DNA of 64,000 nucleotides from Planctomycetota bacterium (GTDB lineage Bacteria > Planctomycetota > PLA2 > JAEUHO01). Below, in pieces: positions 47,791 to 56,561 of the stretch. Both the position numbers and the translations under genes were made by a program. The DNA is taken from positions 1,888,001-1,952,000 of the forward strand of contig CBDCTJ010000007.1 in the NCBI GenBank assembly GCA_965222115.1, read 5' to 3'. Position 1 is the first letter of the stretch, and each line of letters begins with the position of its first letter. The notes under the pieces were generated by a model. It ran no database searches. It was given only the letters and a program-made list of their open reading frames with translations, and was not told where the DNA came from.

Positions 47791-50754
47791 TTGGCCTCCG
47801 AGAGCAGCAACAGTCCACGCCGTCGACGCGCTCGAAATGGGCGTCGAGGGCGCACGCGGCACACAGATTCTTCCACCACAAGTGAGCCCGACGCACCAGC
47901 GCCGACGCCCGCGCCACCTCCGAAGTCCAGGCCGGCCAGGGGCAATCGAGCGTCTCGCACCCGAGGCGCTCCGGTTCCGCTGCATGACGCACCCGACGCA
48001 CCGCCGCGCCTTTCAAATCGGGGCTCAAACCGCGCCAACGGGGAACGCAGTCCACGTCGAAGGGCTCGGCCCACATCACGTCGGCAGACCACGCGTCGAG
48101 CCGCAGAGCCATCCGAGCCAAAGGCGAAGCGCCCGCATCGTGTACGGAAGCGTGCTGTGGTCCGTCGTCGCGTCAAAGCCGAGCCCGACGTGGTTCCCTC
48201 GCGCGACGCGCCCATGCCCCCGACACGCGAAAAGCCCTCACGCCGACGTGAGTCGCGACGTTCCGGGCGCGGAGAACGCGGTTCGCTCAAGAAGGCACGA
48301 AACAAACGATCGCGAACCGATGACAGTCGTGAGCCAACCACCAGCAAGCGCAGTGGATCCCGAAAGAAGAAGAAGGGGGACAGTCGGCGCACGCGCGGCG
48401 GCCGCGAAGGGCGTGCGCGCGACGCGCGTCGTACAAGTGATCGACGACGCGAGGGCGCACGCGGTCGCGATCGCCATCGACGTCGCGACGCCTTTGATGG
48501 CAAGGCCATCGACATTGTGCCGCGCGCACCGAGTCCTGAGGACCAGCAACTGGAAAAAGTCTTGTTGGTCAATGCCGCAGACCGTGAAGAGGCTCGTATT
48601 GCCCTCGTAGTGGGCGGGCGTCTTGAAGAGATCTACGTTGAATCCACACGCGATCGATCCACGGCGGGCCACATTTATCGTGGGCGCATTCAAAACGTGG
48701 AAAAGGGTATCGGCGCAGCATTTGTGGATCTTGGACGCGGCGTAACGGGCTTTCTACACGTGTCGGATATGCCGGTCATTCGCGACGACGACACAGGCGC
48801 CACCACGAAAGACAACTCGCAGGGCACCACAGACAGCGACGCGCAAGAAGCCAACCCGACCGAGCAAGATGCACCGTCTCGCTCCGAGGCTAACGAGCCA
48901 CCCGAGCCGTCCGAACCTCTCGCGCTACACGAGCCACTTAGGGCGGGCGATGAGGTCATTGTTCAGATCACGCGGGATGGCATCGGTCGCAAAGGGCCTG
49001 CGCTTACCGGGCGCATCTCTCTGCCGGGTCGCTATCTCGTCTTGCTTCCCTACGCCGGTCGTTCCGGTATTTCGCGCCGTATTCCCCAAGGTCGTGAACG
49101 GCAACGCATGCGCAAGCTGTTGCGCAAACTTGATGTGCCGGGAGGCATGGGCGTGATTGTGCGCACCGCAAGCGAATCCACCGACCTCGCCGCATTGCAG
49201 GCCGACTTGGCGCACTTGGTGGACGAGTGGTCGCGGATTCAAGAACGTGCGGCCGAGCCCGGTCCACCCGGCGTGTTGCGTGCGGAAAGCAATCTTGCCG
49301 AGCGCAGCGTGCGCGACATTATGCCGAGTGACGTGACGCGCATTGTTGTGGACCGCGGCGAAACCGCTGGCCAAATGCATCGATTATTGCGCACGTGGTA
49401 CCCGTCGGCCGCCGCGGCGGCGGAAGAGGTGTCAAAGGTCGCTGCGCGCACCGTGTCCGCTTCGGCATTTACACCGCTCGGTGAGCTATCACCCACCGGC
49501 GAAGCCCTGGCGACCTCCGTGGGTGCTGCGCCCGATGCCACCGAAGACGAAACGCTGAGCGAAGTCGAAGGAGAGTGGGAGGAGGAATCGCATCCAGGTG
49601 CGAATGGGCTCGAGCCCATCGAGTTGAAAGACGACGAGCGTGTTGCGGATGAATGGGACGACTCCGAACTCGTGGATGACGACGACGATCATCATGAAGA
49701 TCTCGACGACGATGACGACGAGGATCACGATGTCGATGAGTACGACGAAGATGTCGATGACGACGAAGACGAAGAAGACCTGGAAGATGATGACGACGAC
49801 GACCACGACCATGAAGACGAAGACGATCACGTAGCTGAGTCCGAAGAGTCGCCCTCGCTACAATCCGCTCCCGACGGTGAAGTTGAAGACGAAGAACTTG
49901 AGGACGCAGTCCAAATCGATGTCGAGTCTGAGGTCGCGTCCAATGAAGAGGATGAGGAGGATCCGGCCGCCCGCATTGAACGCCTTCGCGCATTGGCCCG
50001 TTCCATGCCCGACGTTGAGATCCACACCGATCCCATGCCGCTGTTCCATGCCTACAACATCGAGACGCAGTTGGAAGAGGCCTTCCGTCGCACGGTGCGT
50101 CTGCCGTCGGGCGGTTCGCTCGTCTTTGATCCCACCGAGGCGCTCTTTGCCATCGACGTCAACAGCGGTCGTCTGACCGACGCTGAAGATCCCGAACGCA
50201 CCGCGCTCGTTACAAACTTGGAGGCCGTGGCCGAGGTCGCGCGTCAGCTTCGTTTGCGAGACCGCGGGGGGCTTGTGGTGATCGACTTTATCGACATGCG
50301 CATGCGCAGTTCGCGTCGAAAGGTCGAAGTTGCGCTGCGTGAAGCCCTTTCGAAAGACCGCGCGCGCATTCGCTTGGGTCGCATGGGCCCCTTCGGCTTA
50401 GTGATTTTGTCTCGTCAGCGCATTCGCCAAGCGCTTTCCCGCGTCACGCACACATCGTGTACCGCGTGTCATGGCACCGGTCGCCGGCGTCATGTATCCG
50501 GGCTGGGCTTGCGGATTCTGCGCGAAATGGAAGCGCGTGTGGCACGGGCCCGCGGTCGGGGCGGTCTCGAAGTGCGGGCACCGCAGGAAGTCTTGCAATG
50601 GCTCAAGAAGCATCGCGCGGGAGCGCTGCGTGCGTTGCGGGCCGAGGCGCGAGGGCCTCTTGAACTTGTGTCGGATAGCCGATTGGCCGTGGATGGTTGG
50701 GCCATGAAGGGCATTGCCAACACCGAGCCGTCGGGAAAGCCTGACAAAACGTAG
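47791..50754 (+). CDS. rne: Rne/Rng family ribonuclease with Arg-rich N-terminal extension and acidic insertion
   Basis: GHIYRGRIQNVE..IGAAFVD S1, SLPGRYLVL, GVIVRTAS, AIDVNSG and VIDFIDM catalytic Asp motifs, CTACHGTG zinc link; start uncertain. Confidence 0.9.
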   Translation: MASESSNSPRRRRARNGRRGRTRHTDSSTTSEPDAPAPTPAPPPKSRPARGNRASRTRGAPVPLHDAPDAPPRLSNRGSNRANGERSPRRRARPTSRRQTTRRAAEPSEPKAKRPHRVRKRAVVRRRVKAEPDVVPSRDAPMPPTREKPSRRRESRRSGRGERGSLKKARNKRSRTDDSREPTTSKRSGSRKKKKGDSRRTRGGREGRARDARRTSDRRREGARGRDRHRRRDAFDGKAIDIVPRAPSPEDQQLEKVLLVNAADREEARIALVVGGRLEEIYVESTRDRSTAGHIYRGRIQNVEKGIGAAFVDLGRGVTGFLHVSDMPVIRDDDTGATTKDNSQGTTDSDAQEANPTEQDAPSRSEANEPPEPSEPLALHEPLRAGDEVIVQITRDGIGRKGPALTGRISLPGRYLVLLPYAGRSGISRRIPQGRERQRMRKLLRKLDVPGGMGVIVRTASESTDLAALQADLAHLVDEWSRIQERAAEPGPPGVLRAESNLAERSVRDIMPSDVTRIVVDRGETAGQMHRLLRTWYPSAAAAAEEVSKVAARTVSASAFTPLGELSPTGEALATSVGAAPDATEDETLSEVEGEWEEESHPGANGLEPIELKDDERVADEWDDSELVDDDDDHHEDLDDDDDEDHDVDEYDEDVDDDEDEEDLEDDDDDDHDHEDEDDHVAESEESPSLQSAPDGEVEDEELEDAVQIDVESEVASNEEDEEDPAARIERLRALARSMPDVEIHTDPMPLFHAYNIETQLEEAFRRTVRLPSGGSLVFDPTEALFAIDVNSGRLTDAEDPERTALVTNLEAVAEVARQLRLRDRGGLVVIDFIDMRMRSSRRKVEVALREALSKDRARIRLGRMGPFGLVILSRQRIRQALSRVTHTSCTACHGTGRRRHVSGLGLRILREMEARVARARGRGGLEVRAPQEVLQWLKKHRAGALRALRAEARGPLELVSDSRLAVDGWAMKGIANTEPSGKPDKT

Positions 50755-50761
50755 CATTTGG

Positions 50762-50797
50762 CCCACCCGCCCCCGTGGATCGGGTGGGTTTCGTTTC
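50762..50797 (+). terminator. Intrinsic terminator-like hairpin after rne
   Basis: CCCACCCG...CGGGTGGG followed by TTTCGTTTC. Confidence 0.55.
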
Positions 50798-50949
50798 TGC
50801 CCTTCATTGCGGAGGGCCCGCGGGGCCGCTATGGTCTCGGCCCGTATCTCATGAGTCGCGCGTGCGAAGCTCAGGCGTCGTGTATGTGCCCTCCGCGTGG
50901 CCCGCCCACGAGCAAATCCAGTTTGACCTGTTCCGTAGGAATCCGTCCC

Positions 50950-51258
50950 ATGTATGCGATCGTGAATGACCGAGGCAAGCAGTACATGGTCCACGAAGGC
51001 GATCGCCTTTGGATCGATCGTATTGATGCTGAACCCGGTTCCAGCATTTCCTTTGACCAGGTCATGGTGGTAGGCGGCGATAGCGGCGTGCGCGTGGGTC
51101 GGCCCACCGTGGACGGCGCGTCCGTCAGTGCGACCGTGGTCGCCGAGCGCAAAGATAAGAAGATTGTCGTCTTCAAGAAGAAGCGCCGCAAGATGTACCG
51201 CCGCAAGCAGGGCCATCGTCAACGATATACAGAAATCGAAGTCGGAACCATCGCGTAG
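50950..51258 (+). CDS. rplU: 50S ribosomal protein L21
   Basis: MYAIVNDRGKQY.V.EGD, KKKRRKMYRRKQGHRQRYT. Confidence 0.97.
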   Translation: MYAIVNDRGKQYMVHEGDRLWIDRIDAEPGSSISFDQVMVVGGDSGVRVGRPTVDGASVSATVVAERKDKKIVVFKKKRRKMYRRKQGHRQRYTEIEVGTIA

Positions 51259-51331
51259 CCCGGACTCGAACCATTGAGATCGATGTTCACGAGGCCCACG
51301 ATTTCCAAGGGGCCCAACAGGAGTACCAGTT

Positions 51332-51577
51332 ATGGCGCATAAGAAGGGTCAAGGTTCGTGTCGCAACGGACGCGACAGCAATGCCAAGTCCCGCGGCATC
51401 AAGAAGTACGCCGGGGAAACGGTTCGTGCAGGCAATATCTTGGTTCGGCAAGTTGGATCGCGTTTCAAGCCCGGCCACGGTGTGGGCATGGGCAACGACT
51501 ATACGCTTTTTGCGCTGCGTGACGGTGTTGTTGAATACCAAACCAACAAGCGCGTTCATATTCGCGAGCTGAGTTAG
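51332..51577 (+). CDS. rpmA: 50S ribosomal protein L27
   Basis: [33 protein letters not shown]. Confidence 0.98.
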   Translation: MAHKKGQGSCRNGRDSNAKSRGIKKYAGETVRAGNILVRQVGSRFKPGHGVGMGNDYTLFALRDGVVEYQTNKRVHIRELS

Positions 51578-51661
51578 CCGCGTCCGTCGATCGACGCGGT
51601 TCATAGGCCGTGCGCGTGCGAATCCTCGGTGCGACACACGGTGTTCTTGTAGGCTTGTTTC

Positions 51662-52690
51662 TTGTTTATTGACGAACGACGCATCCGTGTGCGCTCTGGG
51701 AATGGCGGCCACGGCATTGTGGCTTGGCGAAGAGAACGCCGCGTGCCGCGTGGGGGACCCGCCGGTGGCGATGGGGGGCGTGGGGGCGACGTTGTGCTCG
51801 TTGCCGACGTACAGATGACGACCTTTGCCGACATGCAGGACGTGCGTGTGGTCAAGGCGGGAAACGGTGAATCGGGAAGCGGTAACAAGTGCCACGGGGC
51901 CGGTGCAGACGACACCATTCTTCGCGTCCCCGTGGGCACCACGGTTTACGTGGAACCCTCCGGCAACAAACTCGTGGACTTTGTCGAGGACGGCCAGACG
52001 TACGTCGTAGCTCGTGGCGGGCGCGGAGGTCGCGGAAATGCGCGCTTTGCAACAGCGACAGATCAAGCGCCCACGCACCACACGAAGGGTCGACCCGGTC
52101 GTGAGCGTACGCTACGACTGGAACTGCGGCTCCTCGCCGACGTGGGATTGGTCGGACTGCCCAACGCGGGCAAGAGCACCTTGCTTTCGCGCGTGTCGGC
52201 GGCCACGCCGCGGGTGGCCGACTATCCGTTTACGACGCTCGTTCCCCATCTCGGCATTGTGGAGATCGACCGCACGCGTTTTGTGATGGCCGATCTTCCG
52301 GGGTTGATTGAAGGCGCCCATGCGGGCAGCGGGTTGGGCGACCGATTTCTGCGGCACATTGAACGCACCCGCGTGCTTCTACACCTCGTGGATCCCCTGC
52401 CCGGCGATGGATCGAATCCGATTGAGAACTATTTGGCGATTCGAGGCGAACTCTTGGCTTACGACCCCGCGCTCGCGGAGCGCCCGGAGATCCTCGTGGC
52501 CACCAAAATGGACCTCTACCCCGAAATCGTCGCGGGTGGCGGGAAGGGCGATGATCCGATCACGGAGACCTTGAGGGAACTGGCGGCGCGTGCCGATAGG
52601 AGGGTGTTTCCTATTTCGGCCGCGTCTGGAATTGGCGTTCGCGGAATGCTCCGCGAAGTCGCCAAGGTGCTCGCGGCGACACGGGAATAG
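51662..52690 (+). CDS. obgE: GTPase Obg/CgtA
   Basis: MFIDE, PRGGPAGGDGGRGG, GLPNAGKST, DYPFTT, DLPGLIEGA, TKMD. Confidence 0.97.
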   Translation: MFIDERRIRVRSGNGGHGIVAWRRERRVPRGGPAGGDGGRGGDVVLVADVQMTTFADMQDVRVVKAGNGESGSGNKCHGAGADDTILRVPVGTTVYVEPSGNKLVDFVEDGQTYVVARGGRGGRGNARFATATDQAPTHHTKGRPGRERTLRLELRLLADVGLVGLPNAGKSTLLSRVSAATPRVADYPFTTLVPHLGIVEIDRTRFVMADLPGLIEGAHAGSGLGDRFLRHIERTRVLLHLVDPLPGDGSNPIENYLAIRGELLAYDPALAERPEILVATKMDLYPEIVAGGGKGDDPITETLRELAARADRRVFPISAASGIGVRGMLREVAKVLAATRE

Positions 52691-52765
52691 AGGACGCTTC
52701 GAGCCGCTGGACCTTCGGTGGATTCGACGGGCGACCTCCAATTTTTGCACGTTTCGGGGCCCACC

Positions 52766-53992
52766 ATGCTCGACGAGATCTTGATCCACTTCAAAGTGAT
52801 GGTGAAAGAACGCGCGTCCGACCTATTCCTGCGCGCGGGGTACCGTCCCGCGTCGCGCATCGACGGCGTGATTCGGTTTCTCTCCGATCAGATTGTGACC
52901 GAGGAACAGGCCGACGCGTTGCTCAATCACATTCTTGCGCCCAAGGACGTGGATGACTTCGAGCGGAGGAAGGAAAAGGACACCGCGTTCGTGGTGCCCG
53001 GCGTGGGTCGCTTCCGTTGCAACATTCTCCGTCAGCGTCAGCGCCTCGCATTCGTCTTTCGCCACGTGCAGGAATCTATTCCGCCCATGGAGGCCTTGCA
53101 CCTTCCGGTAAAGCCCATTCAGTCGCTCGCCATGAAAGAACGTGGTCTCATCTTGGTCACCGGCACAACGGGTTCCGGTAAATCCACCACGCTCGCGTCG
53201 ATGATCGACTACATGAATCAGCGCGTGGCACGCCACATTGTGACCGTTGAAGATCCGATGGAGTTTGTGTTCCACGACAACAAATGCGCCATCATGCAAC
53301 GTGAAGTGGGCATCGATACGCTCGATTACCCCTCGGCACTCAAGGGTGTTGTGCGTCAGAGCCCCGACGTGATTCTGATTGGTGAAATGCGCGATGCCGA
53401 GACGGTGTCGGCGGCGCTGAGCGCTGCGGAAACAGGTCATTTGGTCATGTCCACCTTGCACACCATCAATGCGGTGCAGACCGTTGAACGTATCATTAGC
53501 TTCTTCCCGCCCCATCAACACGACACGATTCGCTTGCAGCTCTCCATGACGTTGCAGGGGGTCGTCAGCCAACGTCTACTCACGCGTCGCGCTGCGCCGG
53601 GTCGTGTACCTGCGATTGAAATCTTGTTGGGTACGCCCACGGTGCGTGAAATGGTGCTAGAGGGGCGCACCCTTGAGTTGGCCGATGCACTGGAAGAGGG
53701 TCACAAGTATTACGGCAGCCAGAGCTTCAATCAGAGCTTGGTGGCGCTGCTTCGCGAAGGCGTGATTGACATTGACGACGCTATGGCCGCGGCCGACAGC
53801 CCCGACGAACTCAACCTCGTTCTGCGCGGCATCTCCAAGGGAACGAGCAATCTCGACGCCACGCCCACGAGCGGCGCCAAACCCGCCGAAGGCGAGTCGA
53901 AAATCCGCCACGGGTTTGAGGGTGCGACGAAGACGCCGGCCGCTTCGGGCAGCCGTTCGAGTTCAAAGTCGGGCACCTGGGGATCCTCGTAA
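52766..53992 (+). CDS. pilT: PilT/PilU-family retraction ATPase
   Basis: ASDLFLRAG, RFRCN, GTTGSGKSTT, TVEDPME, QREVGID, DVILIGEMRD, TGHLVMSTLH. Confidence 0.9.
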   Translation: MLDEILIHFKVMVKERASDLFLRAGYRPASRIDGVIRFLSDQIVTEEQADALLNHILAPKDVDDFERRKEKDTAFVVPGVGRFRCNILRQRQRLAFVFRHVQESIPPMEALHLPVKPIQSLAMKERGLILVTGTTGSGKSTTLASMIDYMNQRVARHIVTVEDPMEFVFHDNKCAIMQREVGIDTLDYPSALKGVVRQSPDVILIGEMRDAETVSAALSAAETGHLVMSTLHTINAVQTVERIISFFPPHQHDTIRLQLSMTLQGVVSQRLLTRRAAPGRVPAIEILLGTPTVREMVLEGRTLELADALEEGHKYYGSQSFNQSLVALLREGVIDIDDAMAAADSPDELNLVLRGISKGTSNLDATPTSGAKPAEGESKIRHGFEGATKTPAASGSRSSSKSGTWGSS

Positions 53993-54239
53993 CACGAGTT
54001 CCGCACGGTACGGCCTTCTCATAATGCCTAACGCACTCTCGAATCGTCTGGCGTCCGTCCCACATTTGGAAAGCCGCTGCGCGTAGAAGTCGTCCAAGGG
54101 GAGATTGCGACGACAACCAAGGAAGCGTAGGGATCCCGCCCCCGGTGGTATTCTGCTCCCCGTGACGCGCCGCGCTATACATGCTGTTCGGCCCACGTCA
54201 TGTGACCGCGTGACATGAGGCCAGGAGTGAGTTCACACC

Positions 54240-55580
54240 ATGAGCAAAGCAATCAAGCCCCACACCATGCGACGTGGATTTTGGTTACTCAACCTCGCAC
54301 TCATTGCTGGCGTGGGGTACCTCGGCTATCAGTTCTTCACCAAGACGCGACCGGCTGTTGCCAGTGTGATCAACCGCAAGTCAAAGAAGTTGCCCAAGCC
54401 GTATCAGAAGCAGGTCAACGCCTATGCGCGTGCCTCCAAGAGTCTCGACTGGAAGCCGCGTCCACCGGTTATGAATGCTGAACTCGAAAAAGTCATTCTT
54501 CGCAAGGACTATGAAGAGCGCAATCACTGGATCTTTTCCGGTCCGATGCCTCCGAAGGACAAGCCTGAAGTCATATCGGATCCTGTGAAGCCGAAAGGCC
54601 CAAGGGGCCTCGCCGCAATCGGTCGCGTTGTGATGGCGACCTACATTCCCGGCAATCACTCGATCGTTTTCAGGTTTGGCAAAGGTGGTCCGCCCGCCGC
54701 AACAAAGTCAGCGCCGGGCAAGGCGCCGAAAGCGCCTCCCGGCAACACCGGCACGTTTACGCAGGGTGAGTTCATTCGCGAAACTCCGGAAGCCGCAAAG
54801 CGCTTCAAGTTTATCGACCTTGTGCGTGTCAACGACAAGCTCGGCGTGTTCAACGTCGTGTACGACGTGCATGACACATCCAGTGGCGAACGCGTCGAAG
54901 AGCGCAAGATGTACCTCTATGACACCAACCCACCGGATGATGACAGCGGTATTATTGTTTTCGCCGGCGACGCAGCAAAGCGTGCTGCCGCAAAGGTGGC
55001 GGCTGAAGGCCAGAATGGTGAGGGCACGGCCGGGGAGGGCGGCACGGGAGAGGCAGGCGAGGGCGAAACTACCGAAGCCGTTAGCGAAACGCCTACGGAT
55101 GTCGGCACGACGAAACCCGTTGAGAGCGACACCTATGTTGTGGCCGATTTGCGGCCACAGGATCTGCGACCCAAGCGTCACAATCTCGTGGGCGGGCGCA
55201 AGGGCATTGCCTTTGACAAGCGCACCTTCGACTATTTCCGCGGCAAGAATGCCAAGAAGGTCGCCGAGTCCATCAAGACCGAAATTGCACGGGATCCCAA
55301 GACGGGTACCACGTTGGGTTTGCGGTTTACGGGCTTCGGCAAAGACTCTCCCGCCGATGTATTCGATGTTAAGCGCGGCGACATCTTAGTGTCGATCAAT
55401 GGCCAGCGCGTGGCCAGCCGGGCCGACGTTATGGGCCTCATTGATCGCCTCAAGAACGCAAAGACTGTTGAAGTCGTACTCGACCGACTTGGCAAAAGAG
55501 TCACCTACATGGTTGACCCCAGCGATCCCCGCACCCGCCGCGAAGCGCGCTATTTGACTCAATTTGCGGAGCAAGAGTAG
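54240..55580 (+). CDS. Membrane-anchored protein with C-terminal PDZ domain (GspC-like layout)
   Basis: N-terminal TM (FWLLNLALIAGVGYLGY); C-terminal GLRFTG...SPADVFDVKRGDILVSINGQRV...VVLDRLG. Confidence 0.75.
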   Translation: MSKAIKPHTMRRGFWLLNLALIAGVGYLGYQFFTKTRPAVASVINRKSKKLPKPYQKQVNAYARASKSLDWKPRPPVMNAELEKVILRKDYEERNHWIFSGPMPPKDKPEVISDPVKPKGPRGLAAIGRVVMATYIPGNHSIVFRFGKGGPPAATKSAPGKAPKAPPGNTGTFTQGEFIRETPEAAKRFKFIDLVRVNDKLGVFNVVYDVHDTSSGERVEERKMYLYDTNPPDDDSGIIVFAGDAAKRAAAKVAAEGQNGEGTAGEGGTGEAGEGETTEAVSETPTDVGTTKPVESDTYVVADLRPQDLRPKRHNLVGGRKGIAFDKRTFDYFRGKNAKKVAESIKTEIARDPKTGTTLGLRFTGFGKDSPADVFDVKRGDILVSINGQRVASRADVMGLIDRLKNAKTVEVVLDRLGKRVTYMVDPSDPRTRREARYLTQFAEQE

Positions 55581-55761
55581 AGTACGAGCTGAGCAAGAAT
55601 AGCGGACGCGCGCGGAGCACGAGTCGCCAACGCGCGGTCGACGAGCAATACATTTAGGCGAGTAACGCGGTGCGCGAATCTCGCGTCACGACGTCGGACC
55701 ATTCCGCGACTCCCTTCCATCTACGGCTACCTTGCGCGAGACGAAACGCGCGAGGAACGCC

Positions 55762-56523
55762 ATGGCCGCACCCGATCTCGATCTCATTCTGGTCGTCGAC
55801 GTAGGCAACAGCGGTGCCAAATTGGGGGCTGTGCGCGGTGACACCGTAGCGGGACCTGTACGGCTGCCACGCGCCGATGGTCGTGCCGTGGGGGATATGG
55901 CCAAACCCATGCTGCAGGGACGCAAAGCCGTCGTTGCCATCGCTGGAAGCGATCCCAAGAAAGTCGAAGGTCTTGCCTGGGAAGTGCGCAAGCTCGCATT
56001 GGGTACGTGCGTAAACGTGGATGCCAATCATCCCGGCATTCCCGCGGCGAAGGTCGATCAACCTCACAAGGCGGGCGTGGATCGTCGGGTTCAAGCGTTG
56101 GCCGCCGTGAACATGGCCGGCGAAGCCAGCGTTGTCTTGTCGTGTGGCACCGCACTCACGATTGACTTGGCCGACGCTGACGGCGCCTTGCTCGGGGGCG
56201 CGATACTCCCCGGCGTTGGCCTTGGCGCTGTGTCGCTCGCTGAACGTACGGCCGCACTGCCGCGCGTTGATCTCAAAGGCGAGGTCAGTATGCCGGCAAA
56301 GAATACAGAAGAAGCGATTCGCACCGGTTTGTTGCTCGGCGCGGCGGGCGCCGTGGATCGGCTTCTGGCCCATGCTGACATCCCCGAATCGATGCCCGTT
56401 TACCTGACAGGATTTGATGCGGCGGCTTTGGCCCCCCACCTGAAACGCCCCGTTCGTTCGTCACCGGGGTTGGGTATGTACGGCGTGGCTTTGGCCGTGC
56501 GTGCGGCACCGCCAAGGCGGTAA
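55762..56523 (+). CDS. coaX: Type III pantothenate kinase
   Basis: VVDVGNSGAKLG, GVDRR, SCGTALTID, GGAILPG, TAALP, NTEEAIRTG. Confidence 0.93.
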   Translation: MAAPDLDLILVVDVGNSGAKLGAVRGDTVAGPVRLPRADGRAVGDMAKPMLQGRKAVVAIAGSDPKKVEGLAWEVRKLALGTCVNVDANHPGIPAAKVDQPHKAGVDRRVQALAAVNMAGEASVVLSCGTALTIDLADADGALLGGAILPGVGLGAVSLAERTAALPRVDLKGEVSMPAKNTEEAIRTGLLLGAAGAVDRLLAHADIPESMPVYLTGFDAAALAPHLKRPVRSSPGLGMYGVALAVRAAPPRR

Positions 56524-56561
56524 AGCCTGATCAGTTCGGATCGAATCTACTCGGAGACAGC

